Origin: an uncultured delta proteobacterium
GTDB taxonomy: Bacteria > Myxococcota_A > Polyangia > Palsa-1104
DNA length: 64,000 nucleotides
Assembly: GCA_963785725.1 (NCBI GenBank)
Contig: CAWAWS010000019.1
Coordinates: forward strand, 64,001 to 128,000
Direction: 5' to 3'
Shown one piece after another: positions 34,568 through 46,936 of the stretch; position 1 is the first letter of the stretch, and every line of letters begins with the position of its first letter. The position numbers and the translations under genes were made by a program. The notes under the pieces are model-generated. The model had not been told where the DNA came from and made no database searches. It saw nothing but the letters and a program-made list of their open reading frames with translations.

Positions 34568-34855
34568 CTACGGGACGACGAGGACGATGTCGTCGCCGTC
34601 GATGCTGATCTGACAGCGCGATTCGTCGTCGAGGCTCGCCGGCGAGTCTTCGGCCCAGACATCGAACGACAAGCCGCGCGAGCCGCAATAGCTGCTGTCG
34701 GCGTGCAAGGGCGACGTGCGTCGCGACGGGCGCGTGCAGGTCGCGTAGAAGCGACCGTCGCAGTTGTAGACGGTGACCTGGCGGCCGTCGACTTCGACGA
34801 CGCGGCCTTTGCCCGGCGGTAGCTGCGCGATGGTGAAGACGCGAATGCTCGACAT
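34568..34855 (-). CDS. Rieske-ferredoxin-like protein lacking both His ligands
   Basis: LPPGKGRVVEVDGRQVTVYNCDGRFYA N terminus; CTR and CGSR where CxH and CxxH are expected. Confidence 0.6.
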   Translation of the reverse strand: MSSIRVFTIAQLPPGKGRVVEVDGRQVTVYNCDGRFYATCTRPSRRTSPLHADSSYCGSRGLSFDVWAEDSPASLDDESRCQISIDGDDIVLVVP

Positions 34856-35000
34856 GCCGCCCGTCAATGCCAACGTCGTGCCAGCTGCCGCCGCCGCGGC
34901 GACGACGGAACCGGACTTCCACGCACGGGACACGTCGGCTCCATCGCGGTTCGTAAGCGCGCGTGTGACGTAGGGAACGACGTTTGCACAACCGCGCGGC

Positions 35001-36005
35001 GTGCAAAATCCACGTCGGGACGAGGTCGAATTCAGCGGTTTCATGCGCGCGGTCGCCGGCTCGGGCGTGCACGTCGTCGTGGCCGGTGGCGCGGCCGAGC
35101 TGGCCGCGGGCGCGCTCGTTCTGAAGGCCATGCAGCGCGCCGCCATCCGGCTCGACGGCGTCAGCGTCATCGGCTGGGGCGAAGCGCTGTCGGGCCCGGC
35201 CCTGCGGACGTGGCTGCAGGGCGCGCCGGCGCTCGTCGTCGTCGGCGGTCGCAGCGCGCAGCCGTTGCTCGCCGAGGTCCCGCAGCTGACGCTCTGCGAC
35301 GATCCCGCGTCCAATGAGGGTGAGCCGCTGAGCGCCCGCGCGTTTCGGCTGGGCGAGACGTTGGCGTCGCTGGCCGATGCCGCCTGGTGCGCCGCCGTCG
35401 GGCTGGCCGCGGCCGTCGCGGAAGTGGCGCCGCCGCACGCGCTCGTCGAGCGCGCCTTGGCCCGTCATTCACGCGCCGAGCTGACGCACGTGGCCGAGCT
35501 GCTCGACGGCGCGACGCGCGGCCCCGAGCCGGCGCGCGAGATGTTGGCGGCGCTCGAGATGCTCGCCGCCGCGCCCGACCCGCGCCGCTTCCTCGACAGC
35601 GAGCCGGGGCAGCTGCTGACGCGCAACAGCGCGCTCGTGCGGCAGCAGGCGGCGCTGGCCTGCAAGCTGTCGCCGCGCGCCGGCTTCGGCGTCATCGTCG
35701 TCGAATACGACAGCCCCTGCCGCATCGAAGATCTGGTGGCGCGGCGCTGGCGCGGCTTGCGTCCGGGCACGGCCGTGCTCGTCGCCAACCACGGCGGCGT
35801 CGCCGGGCAGGTCGCGGTCACGGCGCGCGCGGCGCTGCCCGAGGCGCTCGAGCGGCTGCACAGCGTCGTCGGCGACGCGGGCCACGCGCTCTTGGCGCCG
35901 TCGGCGTGGAATCAGCTGCTGTCGCGCCTCGGCGTCGCCGCGGCGCCGGTCGCGCCGCTGTATGAGACGGCGCCGGGAAGCGAACGTCATGCCGCGTTAA
36001 ACTGA
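35001..36005 (+). CDS. Degenerate DHH/RecJ-like protein
   Basis: C-terminal DSPCRIEDLVARRWRG...VLVANHG resembles a DHH subfamily as recalled, not searched; catalytic DxD and DHH motifs absent. Confidence 0.5.
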   Translation: MQNPRRDEVEFSGFMRAVAGSGVHVVVAGGAAELAAGALVLKAMQRAAIRLDGVSVIGWGEALSGPALRTWLQGAPALVVVGGRSAQPLLAEVPQLTLCDDPASNEGEPLSARAFRLGETLASLADAAWCAAVGLAAAVAEVAPPHALVERALARHSRAELTHVAELLDGATRGPEPAREMLAALEMLAAAPDPRRFLDSEPGQLLTRNSALVRQQAALACKLSPRAGFGVIVVEYDSPCRIEDLVARRWRGLRPGTAVLVANHGGVAGQVAVTARAALPEALERLHSVVGDAGHALLAPSAWNQLLSRLGVAAAPVAPLYETAPGSERHAALN

Positions 36006-36030
36006 TGTTATAATCGTCGCTCACTCGGCG

Positions 36031-36678
36031 ATGCGCGACGTCCTCACATTCGGCCTGGTCGCGTTCTCGGCCATCTTCTTCGTCGTCGATCCGCTGGCGG
36101 TGCTGCCGATCTTCCTGGCGATGACGCGCAACGAGACGCCGCAGCACAAGCGCGGCACGGCGGCGCGCGCGGCCATCACCGCCGGCATCACGCTGACGGT
36201 GTTCGCCGCCGCCGGCACGCTCATCTTCCGCTTCTTCGGCATCACACTCGGCGCCTTCAAGATCGCCGGCGGCGTGCTGCTCTTCATGGTCGCGCTCGAC
36301 ATGATGCAGGCGCGCCAATCACGCACGCGCTCGACGCCGGAAGAGGAACAAGAGGGCATCGAAAAGGCCGACGTCGCCATCATCCCGCTGGCGATTCCGC
36401 TCTTGTCGGGGCCAGGCTCGATCGCGACGGTGATGGTGCTGATGTCGCGGCACAAGCAGTGGGTCTATACGATCCCCGTGTTCGGCTCGATCTTCCTGAC
36501 GGCGGTGTTGACGTGGCTGATGCTGCGCGGCGCCGGCTGGATCGAGACGCACCTGTCGAAGACGTTCATGAACGTCGTCATGCGCATCATGGGTCTCATC
36601 TTGGCGGCGATCGCCGTCGAGTTCGTCATCGCCGGCATCAAAGACGTGCTGCCGACGCTGCAGCAGCACGTCGGCTGA
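36031..36678 (+). CDS. MarC-family membrane protein
   Basis: VVDPL, FKIAGG, PLAIPLLSGPGSI and RIMGLILAAIAV. Confidence 0.92.
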   Translation: MRDVLTFGLVAFSAIFFVVDPLAVLPIFLAMTRNETPQHKRGTAARAAITAGITLTVFAAAGTLIFRFFGITLGAFKIAGGVLLFMVALDMMQARQSRTRSTPEEEQEGIEKADVAIIPLAIPLLSGPGSIATVMVLMSRHKQWVYTIPVFGSIFLTAVLTWLMLRGAGWIETHLSKTFMNVVMRIMGLILAAIAVEFVIAGIKDVLPTLQQHVG

Positions 36679-36693
36679 CCGCGGTCGCGGCGC

Positions 36694-38052
36694 TCAGTTC
36701 GACGGCGGCGAGGCGGCGGTGCAGCCGGCCAGCGCCGTCTGATCGACCGTCGGCGTCGGCAGCGTCGGCACCGTGAAGTCGGGATGGTCGAAGTCGAACA
36801 TGTCGTAGGCCGGCGCCGCGTTGGCGTCGCGATGGGTAATCGCCGGCAGGTCGAAGCGCGACTGCACGAAGCGCAAGATGCTCGTCCCGTCGGTCACTTC
36901 GTGCGAAATGTAGCCGTGCTTGGCGTACGGCGAGATGACGAGCAGCGGCACGCGGAAGCCATACTGCGTGAAACCGACGCTGCTCGTGATGTTGAGCGGG
37001 AAGTTGTCGGGCGCGCACGCCGCCGGCGGCACGACGTGATCGTACATGCCGCCGTTCTCGTCGTAGGTCAGGAAGACCGCCGAGTCCTTCCACAGCGGGC
37101 CGTTCATGACGGCGCCGATGATGCCGGACATGAACTGCTGCCCGACCTCGAAGTCGGCCGGCGGATCTTCGTCCGGTGAGGCGCCGCCGAGCTCGTCGCT
37201 GCCCTCGACGATGCTGACGCTGGCCAAGTTGCCCGCCGCCGCGTCGGCCGCGAACGTGCTGGTGTCGACGAAGTTCTCCGAGTCCTGCACGAACGAGCTG
37301 ACGGCGACGATGAGCGTCGTCGCGCGATCTTGCGCATAGACCCGCCACGTGACGCCCGCCGCCTGCAGCTGATTCAGAATATTGGGCAGCGTATTGCCGT
37401 TGGCGTCGACGTTATTGGGGAACGTGTTGTCCGTGACGCCGTAGGAAGTTCCCGCGAAGTAGAACATGCGGTTCGGCCACGTCGGCCCCAGCACCGACGA
37501 GAAATGCCGATCGGAGATCGCGAACGCCGACGCCAGCGCGTAGTAATAGGGCAAGTCGCTGCCGTCGTAGAAGCCCATGACGGTGTGATCGTCGCTGTTG
37601 TCGATGACCCACTTGTCGAGCGCGCCGTTGTCGAGGTTGCCGTGCTCGGTGGTCCAGCTGTGCGAGCCGCCCGGCACGCACTTGTTCGTCAGGTGATACC
37701 GCTGCACCGGCACGCCCTTCGAGTCGCTGTTGGTGATGTACGGCGACGCGCCGTCGACGCCGGGAAACGACGAGTAATAATGATCGAACGACCGATTCTC
37801 CTGCATCAAGAGCACGATGTGATTGATGGGGATGTCTTTGCCGACCGGCTGATCGATCGGCAGCGTCTGCGCCGCCATCTGCCCCGCGCCGTAAAAGCAG
37901 TTGCTGCGCGCGATGTCGACCTCGGCGGCGCTCGGTCGCGGCAGCGCCATGTCACCGACGGGAACGTTCGTCTTCGTACGATTGTCGCCGCCACATCCCG
38001 ACGTCGCCGCCGCCCAAACCATCAACACGCTCAGCCTCGTCGCGCGCTTCAT
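36694..38052 (-). CDS. Phosphoesterase / phospholipase C family lipoprotein
   Basis: HIVLLMQENRSFDHY, PTWPNR, TYDENGG and YGFRVP; lipobox TSGC; GAGGTG SD. Confidence 0.9.
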   Translation of the reverse strand: MKRATRLSVLMVWAAATSGCGGDNRTKTNVPVGDMALPRPSAAEVDIARSNCFYGAGQMAAQTLPIDQPVGKDIPINHIVLLMQENRSFDHYYSSFPGVDGASPYITNSDSKGVPVQRYHLTNKCVPGGSHSWTTEHGNLDNGALDKWVIDNSDDHTVMGFYDGSDLPYYYALASAFAISDRHFSSVLGPTWPNRMFYFAGTSYGVTDNTFPNNVDANGNTLPNILNQLQAAGVTWRVYAQDRATTLIVAVSSFVQDSENFVDTSTFAADAAAGNLASVSIVEGSDELGGASPDEDPPADFEVGQQFMSGIIGAVMNGPLWKDSAVFLTYDENGGMYDHVVPPAACAPDNFPLNITSSVGFTQYGFRVPLLVISPYAKHGYISHEVTDGTSILRFVQSRFDLPAITHRDANAAPAYDMFDFDHPDFTVPTLPTPTVDQTALAGCTAASPPSN

Positions 38053-38257
38053 GCGGTGCACCTCGGTCGCAGAACGGTGCCGCAGCGGACGCGACGAAGC
38101 AAGCCTCCCGACCTCGTCATTTGCTGATTTCGTATTTATTGCGCGCAGTTCCGATGACGCATAGCGCCATAAGCGAAGAATTCCGCGGCGCCCACGTGGC
38201 CGAGCGCGATCGGATGGCGCGCGTCGCCGCATTGGCGCCGCACGCGAGGCCGCGACG

Positions 38258-39016
38258 TCAGCGCGCCGTCATCGCCGGATCGACGGCCACCTCGAGCGTC
38301 TGCACGCGGCGGATCGCCGCGCGCCACGCTCGCATCAGCTCGGCCGCGCGCGCCGTCCCCAGCTGCGTCGCCAGCACCTGCTCGATCGGCGGCGCGGTGG
38401 CGACGACGGCGCGGCTCGGCGCCAGCCAAAAGCTGCAGACGCGCCCGCTGCCGTAAGCCGCGAAGTAGGTGCGCCGCTCGATCGGATACTGCGCCGCGGT
38501 CAACGCCGCCGCGATCGGACGCCAGGCGGCCTCGTAATCGGCGCTGGGCTCGACGTCCTCGATCACCAGCTGCAGCACATCGGTCAGCGGTCGTCGTTGC
38601 GTCGGCGGCGCATAGTCGAGCTCGGGCCACGCGCGCCAGATCTCGGTGGTGTGCGGAAACGTCAACGCCTCGTCGCTGAGGCGATCGTACTCGGCGCTGA
38701 GCGCGCCCATCTTGCGCGCGACCGCTTGCCGCTCGTCGCCGAGCCGATCGAGGTCGCGCCACGGCCCCAGCGGCTCGATGGAGTAGAACGTGTGCTCGCC
38801 GATCTGCAGGTAATCGCCGCGTCGATCGCTCAGCCCGCGCCGGCGCAGCGCGGCCACCCAGCTGCGGCGGGCGTCGGCGAACTGCTGCAGCTTGTCGGGG
38901 AGGATCGTGTCGACGTGAACGATGAGCCGCGCCGGCGGATGCGCCGACGGCGGCTGCGCGGTCACGCAGCCCACCGCCGACACGAGCAGCAGTGCTAGGC
39001 CGTCTTGGCGCCGCAC
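38258..39016 (-). CDS. Hypothetical lipoprotein (start uncertain)
   Basis: GTG start gives MRRQDGLALLLVSAVGC. Confidence 0.6.
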   Translation of the reverse strand: MRRQDGLALLLVSAVGCVTAQPPSAHPPARLIVHVDTILPDKLQQFADARRSWVAALRRRGLSDRRGDYLQIGEHTFYSIEPLGPWRDLDRLGDERQAVARKMGALSAEYDRLSDEALTFPHTTEIWRAWPELDYAPPTQRRPLTDVLQLVIEDVEPSADYEAAWRPIAAALTAAQYPIERRTYFAAYGSGRVCSFWLAPSRAVVATAPPIEQVLATQLGTARAAELMRAWRAAIRRVQTLEVAVDPAMTAR

Positions 39017-40119
39017 TCGCCGCAGAACTTGGCGCCGGGATTCATCGGCTTGCCGCACTCGGCACAGAACGCCTTCTTCTCGGCCAACGCCTGCCCGCAC
39101 TCGGCACAGAATTTACCCGGCGCCGTCTTCGCGCCGCATTTGCCGCAGGTGACCTGGCCGACGCCGCCCGCCGGCGCCGTCGGTGCTTGCGGCTGCTGCT
39201 GCGGCTGTTGTTGCGGCTGCTGATTGGCCTGATTGAACATCGACGCCATGCCCATGCCGATGCCGAGACCGGCGCCGCCGAGCATCGGGTTGCCGCCGCC
39301 GCCGTCGCCGCCGCCTTTGGCCATGCCTTCGCCGGCGCCCATCATCGCCTTGCCGGCCGCGAGCTGCTGAAAGCCCTGCATGCCGCCCGCCATGCGAATC
39401 TGCGCCGCGTCTTTGTACAGCTGCTTGAGCTGCACCTCATCCTCGTCCTTGATGGCGATGACGAAGTTGCCGAGCCGCACGACCTTCATGCCGTACGGCG
39501 ACAGATGCGGCTTACATCCCTCGATGACGACCTGCTCGATCTCCTCGGTGAACGCGCCCGAGGTGACGTTGAGCAGCGGGATGTTCTGCTTGACCATCAT
39601 CTCGGCGATGCGATCGCGGATGACCTTGAGCAGCTGATTCTTGAACCAACCGGTGAACTCCTCGTCGCTGGACCAGCTGCGCTGACCGAAGAAGCCGATC
39701 ACCTTCATCGGATCTTCGACCTGCACCGAGAAGTCGCCGTGGACCATCGTGCCGATGGCCATGCCCGACTTGGGATCCTCGACGTCGCCGATGCGGCCGC
39801 CGAACTGCATCCCGCCGACTTCGCGCAGCATGATGAACCAGACTTCGGCCATCAGCACGTTGCCGCCGGTGAACTTGTCCATGAGGATCGAGAGGAACGG
39901 GATGTTCTGCGTCTCGAGCGTGTGCCGGCCGGCGTCGAGGCGACCGACGAACTGCCCGTCTTTGTAGAAGAGCGCGCACTCGTCCTGGCCGACGGTGATC
40001 TGCGCCTTCATCGGGATCGTCCGATCTGGCCACTTGTAGACGAGGAGATCCTTGGCCTCGTCCGGTCGCGCGATGAACATCTCTTGCGCGCCCTTCTTCA
40101 CGAAATCGAACAGACCCAT
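38995..40119 (-). CDS. SPFH/band-7 domain protein with C-terminal double zinc ribbon
   Basis: GRHTLETQNIPFL; Gly/Gln-rich linker; four CxxCG motifs; GGAGGAG SD. Confidence 0.88.
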   Translation of the reverse strand: MGLFDFVKKGAQEMFIARPDEAKDLLVYKWPDRTIPMKAQITVGQDECALFYKDGQFVGRLDAGRHTLETQNIPFLSILMDKFTGGNVLMAEVWFIMLREVGGMQFGGRIGDVEDPKSGMAIGTMVHGDFSVQVEDPMKVIGFFGQRSWSSDEEFTGWFKNQLLKVIRDRIAEMMVKQNIPLLNVTSGAFTEEIEQVVIEGCKPHLSPYGMKVVRLGNFVIAIKDEDEVQLKQLYKDAAQIRMAGGMQGFQQLAAGKAMMGAGEGMAKGGGDGGGGNPMLGGAGLGIGMGMASMFNQANQQPQQQPQQQPQAPTAPAGGVGQVTCGKCGAKTAPGKFCAECGQALAEKKAFCAECGKPMNPGAKFCGECGAKTA

Positions 40120-40189
40120 GGGCTCCTCCCCTACCGTGCTTGCGTTGTGGTCAGGCTAGGCATGATACTACGGCGACCGAGGCGAAACC

Positions 40190-41305
40190 ATGGCCACCGG
40201 CGACGCGGAAAAAGCGGTCAAATCGCAGCGTTTCACGTGCAGCGAGTGCGCCGCGGAGATGAAGTTCGACGCGGGCAGCGGCAAGCTCAAGTGCGATCAT
40301 TGCGGCGCCACGCGTGAAGTCCCCACCGGGACTGGAACGATCGTCGAATACGATTTCTTCCAAGGCCTGCAAGCGGCGCCCAAAGGCCTCGCCACCGGCG
40401 GCGCGACGCGCGCGTGCAAGTGCCAAGAGTGCGGCGCCAACGTCGTCTTTCCCGACGGCGTGACCGCGACGCACTGCACGTTCTGCGGCTCCAACAAAGT
40501 GCTCGAGCAGGGCGAGAATCAGAACTCGATTCGCCCCGAGTCGCTGTTGCCGTTCGCCGTCGACAAGAAGCGCGCGGGTCAAGCCTTCGGCGATTGGCTG
40601 GGCAAGCTGTGGTTCCGCCCCAACGACTTGAAGACGATGTCGAAGGTGCAAGAGGTCAACGGCGTCTACGTGCCGTTCTGGACCTACGACGCGCACGTCG
40701 AGTCCTCGTGGCAGGCAGAAGCGGGCTACTACTATTACGAGACCGAGGAATACACGGTCAAAGAGAACGGCGAAGAAGTTCTAAAGACGCGCGAAGTGCA
40801 GCGCACGCGTTGGGAGCGCGCCTGGGGTCATCGCGCCGACGACTACGACGACGTGCTCGTGTGCGCGTCGATGGGCTTGCCGCGCGAGCTGGCCGATCGC
40901 TTCGCGTCGTTCGACACCGCGCAGCTCGTGCCCTATTCGCCGGGATTCTTGGCCGGTTGGCGCGCCGAAGAATACGCGGTCGACCTCGCCAACGGCTTCG
41001 GCTTCGCGCAAGGCAAGATGGAGCGCGAGCAGGAGAACCGCTGCGGCAAGGACGTGCCCGGCGACACCCGGCGCAACTTGCGCGTCGACAACAGCTTCAG
41101 CGCCATTACGTTCAAGCACGTGCTCTTGCCGGTGTGGATCGCGGCCTATCGTTACAACAACCAAGTTTATCGCTTCCTCGTCAACGGGCAGACGGGCGAA
41201 GTCGTGGGCAAGGCGCCGTTCAGCTGGGTCAAGATCGCGCTCTTCACGGTCTCGCTGGTAGTGCTGGCGTTCGTTCTCTATTATCTTTTCGGCAGGAAGC
41301 CGTGA
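40190..41305 (+). CDS. Zinc-ribbon membrane-anchored protein of the type often encoded beside SPFH genes
   Basis: Four CxxC, YVPFWTYD, KHVLLPVW, VNGQTG and a C-terminal TM. Confidence 0.85.
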   Translation: MATGDAEKAVKSQRFTCSECAAEMKFDAGSGKLKCDHCGATREVPTGTGTIVEYDFFQGLQAAPKGLATGGATRACKCQECGANVVFPDGVTATHCTFCGSNKVLEQGENQNSIRPESLLPFAVDKKRAGQAFGDWLGKLWFRPNDLKTMSKVQEVNGVYVPFWTYDAHVESSWQAEAGYYYYETEEYTVKENGEEVLKTREVQRTRWERAWGHRADDYDDVLVCASMGLPRELADRFASFDTAQLVPYSPGFLAGWRAEEYAVDLANGFGFAQGKMEREQENRCGKDVPGDTRRNLRVDNSFSAITFKHVLLPVWIAAYRYNNQVYRFLVNGQTGEVVGKAPFSWVKIALFTVSLVVLAFVLYYLFGRKP

Positions 41306-41371
41306 TGATCAGACGACAGCGAGCGGGAGCGGCGTCGCTCGGGCCGTTTGCAGGGAGACAGTGAGCGAGCG

Positions 41372-41785
41372 ATGAAGGATGTCGTCGGCAAGAAGGTCAT
41401 TCGCGTGGTGGCGGCGGTCGTCGAAAACGATGGGCTGTACCTGATTACGCAGCGGCGCGAGTCGGCGCTGCTGCCGCTCAAGTGGGAGTTTCCCGGCGGC
41501 AAAGTCGAGGACGACGAGCAGGACGAGGACGCGCTCAAGCGCGAATTGCGCGAGCGCCTCGACGCCGACGCCAAGATCGGCCGCAAATTGGGCGAAAAGG
41601 TGCACGAATACGACGGCTATCGCGTGGCGCTGGCGCTCTATCAGGCGACGTTGGCCGAGGGCAAGCCGCTGCATGCGCGGCGCGTGCGCGATTTCCGCTG
41701 GGTCTCGTCGGCGGACTTCGACAAGTATCCCTTCCCCGACGCCGATCAGCAGACGATGGATCAGTTACTCGGCTTCTCGCGCTAA
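41372..41785 (+). CDS. Nudix hydrolase (MutT/NudG-like)
   Basis: WEFPGGKVE-x7-LKRELRE, FPDAD. Confidence 0.88.
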   Translation: MKDVVGKKVIRVVAAVVENDGLYLITQRRESALLPLKWEFPGGKVEDDEQDEDALKRELRERLDADAKIGRKLGEKVHEYDGYRVALALYQATLAEGKPLHARRVRDFRWVSSADFDKYPFPDADQQTMDQLLGFSR

Positions 41786-41806
41786 TCGGGCTATAGAAGA
41801 GCAACG

Positions 41807-42700
41807 ATGGGTAAAAAGAAGCTCGAGTCGTCGTCGCTGGGGTCGTCGCTGGGCGAGGTTACCGCCGGACATTTCAAGAGCTCGATCGAGGGGCTCACGC
41901 GCTTGGCGTCGCAACATCCGTCGGTGCGCTACATTCTCGACGTGCTGACGCGGCTGCGCGAGCGGCCGTATGCCACGAACGTCGTCGTGCGCGGCGAGCC
42001 GGGCACGGGCAAGGAAGGGCTCGCGCACACGCTGCACGAGCTGATGCACACCGAAGGCGCGCCGCTCGTCAGCGTGTCGACGGCGGGCCGGCCCGAAGAG
42101 GTCGTCGCGGCCGAGCTGTTCGGCGCCGGTCCGCAATTGAAGGGCGAGCGGCCCGTCGACGGCGCGGTCGCGCACGCCGACGGCGGCACGCTCGTGCTCG
42201 ACGAAGTCATCGGTCTGTCACCGGCGCTGCAACGGCGGCTGCTCGAGCTGGTCAAGCACGGCCGTTATCATCGCGAGTTCGAAGATCGCGAGCGCCGGTC
42301 GGAAGTCGACGTCATCGTCATCACCGACGGCGATCTGAAGGGCGAAGTGGCCGCGGGCCGCTTCCGTCACGACCTCTATCACAAGCTGGCGCGGCTCGAC
42401 TTGGTGCTGCCGCCGTTGCGCGAGCGGCCCGAAGACGTCCCGGGCGCGGCGCGCTGGATGGCCAATCGCGTGCGGCTCGATCGCGGTCTGGCGGCCAACG
42501 TCGAGCTCGAAGGCGAGGCGCACGGCGAAGCGGACGCGATCTTGATCGAGAAGGACGCGATCGAGGCGCTGCGTCAGCATCGCTGGCCGGGCAACTTCCG
42601 CGAGCTCGAGATCGTCGTCGAGCGGGCGCTGCTCCTGTTTGGCAACGGCAAGCGCGTCACCGCCGACGACGTTCAGCACGCCCTCGCCGAACCGACGTAA
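41807..42700 (+). CDS. Stand-alone sigma-54-activator-like AAA+ domain lacking GAFTGA and HTH
   Basis: GEPGTGKE, ELFG, LVLDEV, GRFRHDLYHKL and WPGNFREL. Confidence 0.85.
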   Translation: MGKKKLESSSLGSSLGEVTAGHFKSSIEGLTRLASQHPSVRYILDVLTRLRERPYATNVVVRGEPGTGKEGLAHTLHELMHTEGAPLVSVSTAGRPEEVVAAELFGAGPQLKGERPVDGAVAHADGGTLVLDEVIGLSPALQRRLLELVKHGRYHREFEDRERRSEVDVIVITDGDLKGEVAAGRFRHDLYHKLARLDLVLPPLRERPEDVPGAARWMANRVRLDRGLAANVELEGEAHGEADAILIEKDAIEALRQHRWPGNFRELEIVVERALLLFGNGKRVTADDVQHALAEPT

Positions 42701-42703
42701 TCC

Positions 42704-43285
42704 TTAGTCCGCCGCGAAATTCGGCGGAACGCGCACATCGATGAAGCGCGCGAGATGACGCTCGGCGAGCTGTAGCAGCGCCACGTCTTGGTTGCGCGCG
42801 CCGTGAATTTGCACGGCGATCGGCGGGCCCGAGTCGCCGACGCCGATCGGCAAGGTCAGCGCCGGCGTGCCCAGCACCGCCGACGGACACAGGTCGTTGC
42901 CGAGATACGTCGAATACGGGACCTTCGCGCCATCGACGACGAGGTCGCGGCCGTTGGGTTGCCGGACGATCGCTTCGCCGGGTGAGACGGGCGAAATCCA
43001 GGCGTCGTTGCGCGGCAAAGAAGGCGTCGGTCTGCGCTTGCAGCTGGCGGCGCGCGTCCATGGCCGCGGCATAGTCGCCGTCGCTGGCGCGGAGCCCCTC
43101 GCGAAACCAGCGCGTCAGCGGGCCGGGACCGAGCCGACGATCGAGGAAATACCAGGCGAACAGCGCGCGACCCGGCTCGTCGTCACCACGCCGGCGATGC
43201 GATAGACGTCCTTGATTGTCATCGGCACGCCCGTGCAGCGGTCCGAGCGGCCGGCCGGCGCGCACGTCGTCGACGGCAAAGTCGA
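42704..43285 (-). pseudogene. Amidase remnant with a large internal deletion and frameshifts
   Basis: GPLHG/VPMTIKDVYRIAGVVTT is joined almost directly to C-terminal GTPALTLPIG...AVQIHG...DVALL; no GGSSGG or GGSIR signature; no start. Confidence 0.75.
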
Positions 43286-43287
43286 CC

Positions 43288-43808
43288 TCAGCGAACGGCG
43301 GGCAGCGTGCCGGGCAGGAAGCCGCAGTAGCGGCCGTCGAGGAAGATGAGCGTCATCAGCTTTTGCCCGGCCTCTTCCTCGCGCGCCGAGATCGTCACCG
43401 CCGACGCCATGCGCATCAGCGTCGCCAGCTCGTCGAGATACCGGCGCATCGCCGGCGGCGTCGACGCGATCGGCCCCGCGCGCAGGCCGACCAGCAGCGG
43501 ATTCTCGTAATTCTCGACGAAGCGCCAGGCTCGCCCGAGCAAGACCTCGATGAGCGAACGCAACGAACGCAGCGCCCGCTCTTCGACTTCGGGCACCGGC
43601 GAATCGGCGACGGCCGCCAGCGTCGTCAGCCCGCGCTCGACGAGCGGCTCGCGATTCTCCGGCGGCACGGACGTCGTCGCCTGCATGAGCTGCATCAGGC
43701 GAAAGTTGCGCCAATCGATGCTCGGCCTGAGCGCGTCGGCGCTCGCATCACCGAGGAGCGCGTCGAGAAACTGCCGAGCCGCCGTGCGCGCTGCCCAGCC
43801 GTCTTGCA

Positions 43809-43809
<1 letters not shown>
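43288..43809 (-). CDS. Hypothetical protein (173 aa), paralog of the upstream lipoprotein
   Basis: MQDGWAART...; TGATG overlap with the upstream stop. Confidence 0.75.
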
Positions 43810-46897
<3,088 letters not shown>

Positions 46898-46936
46898 CTA
46901 TGGTTTAGCATCGAGGTGGGCGCGAGTAAAGGTGAA

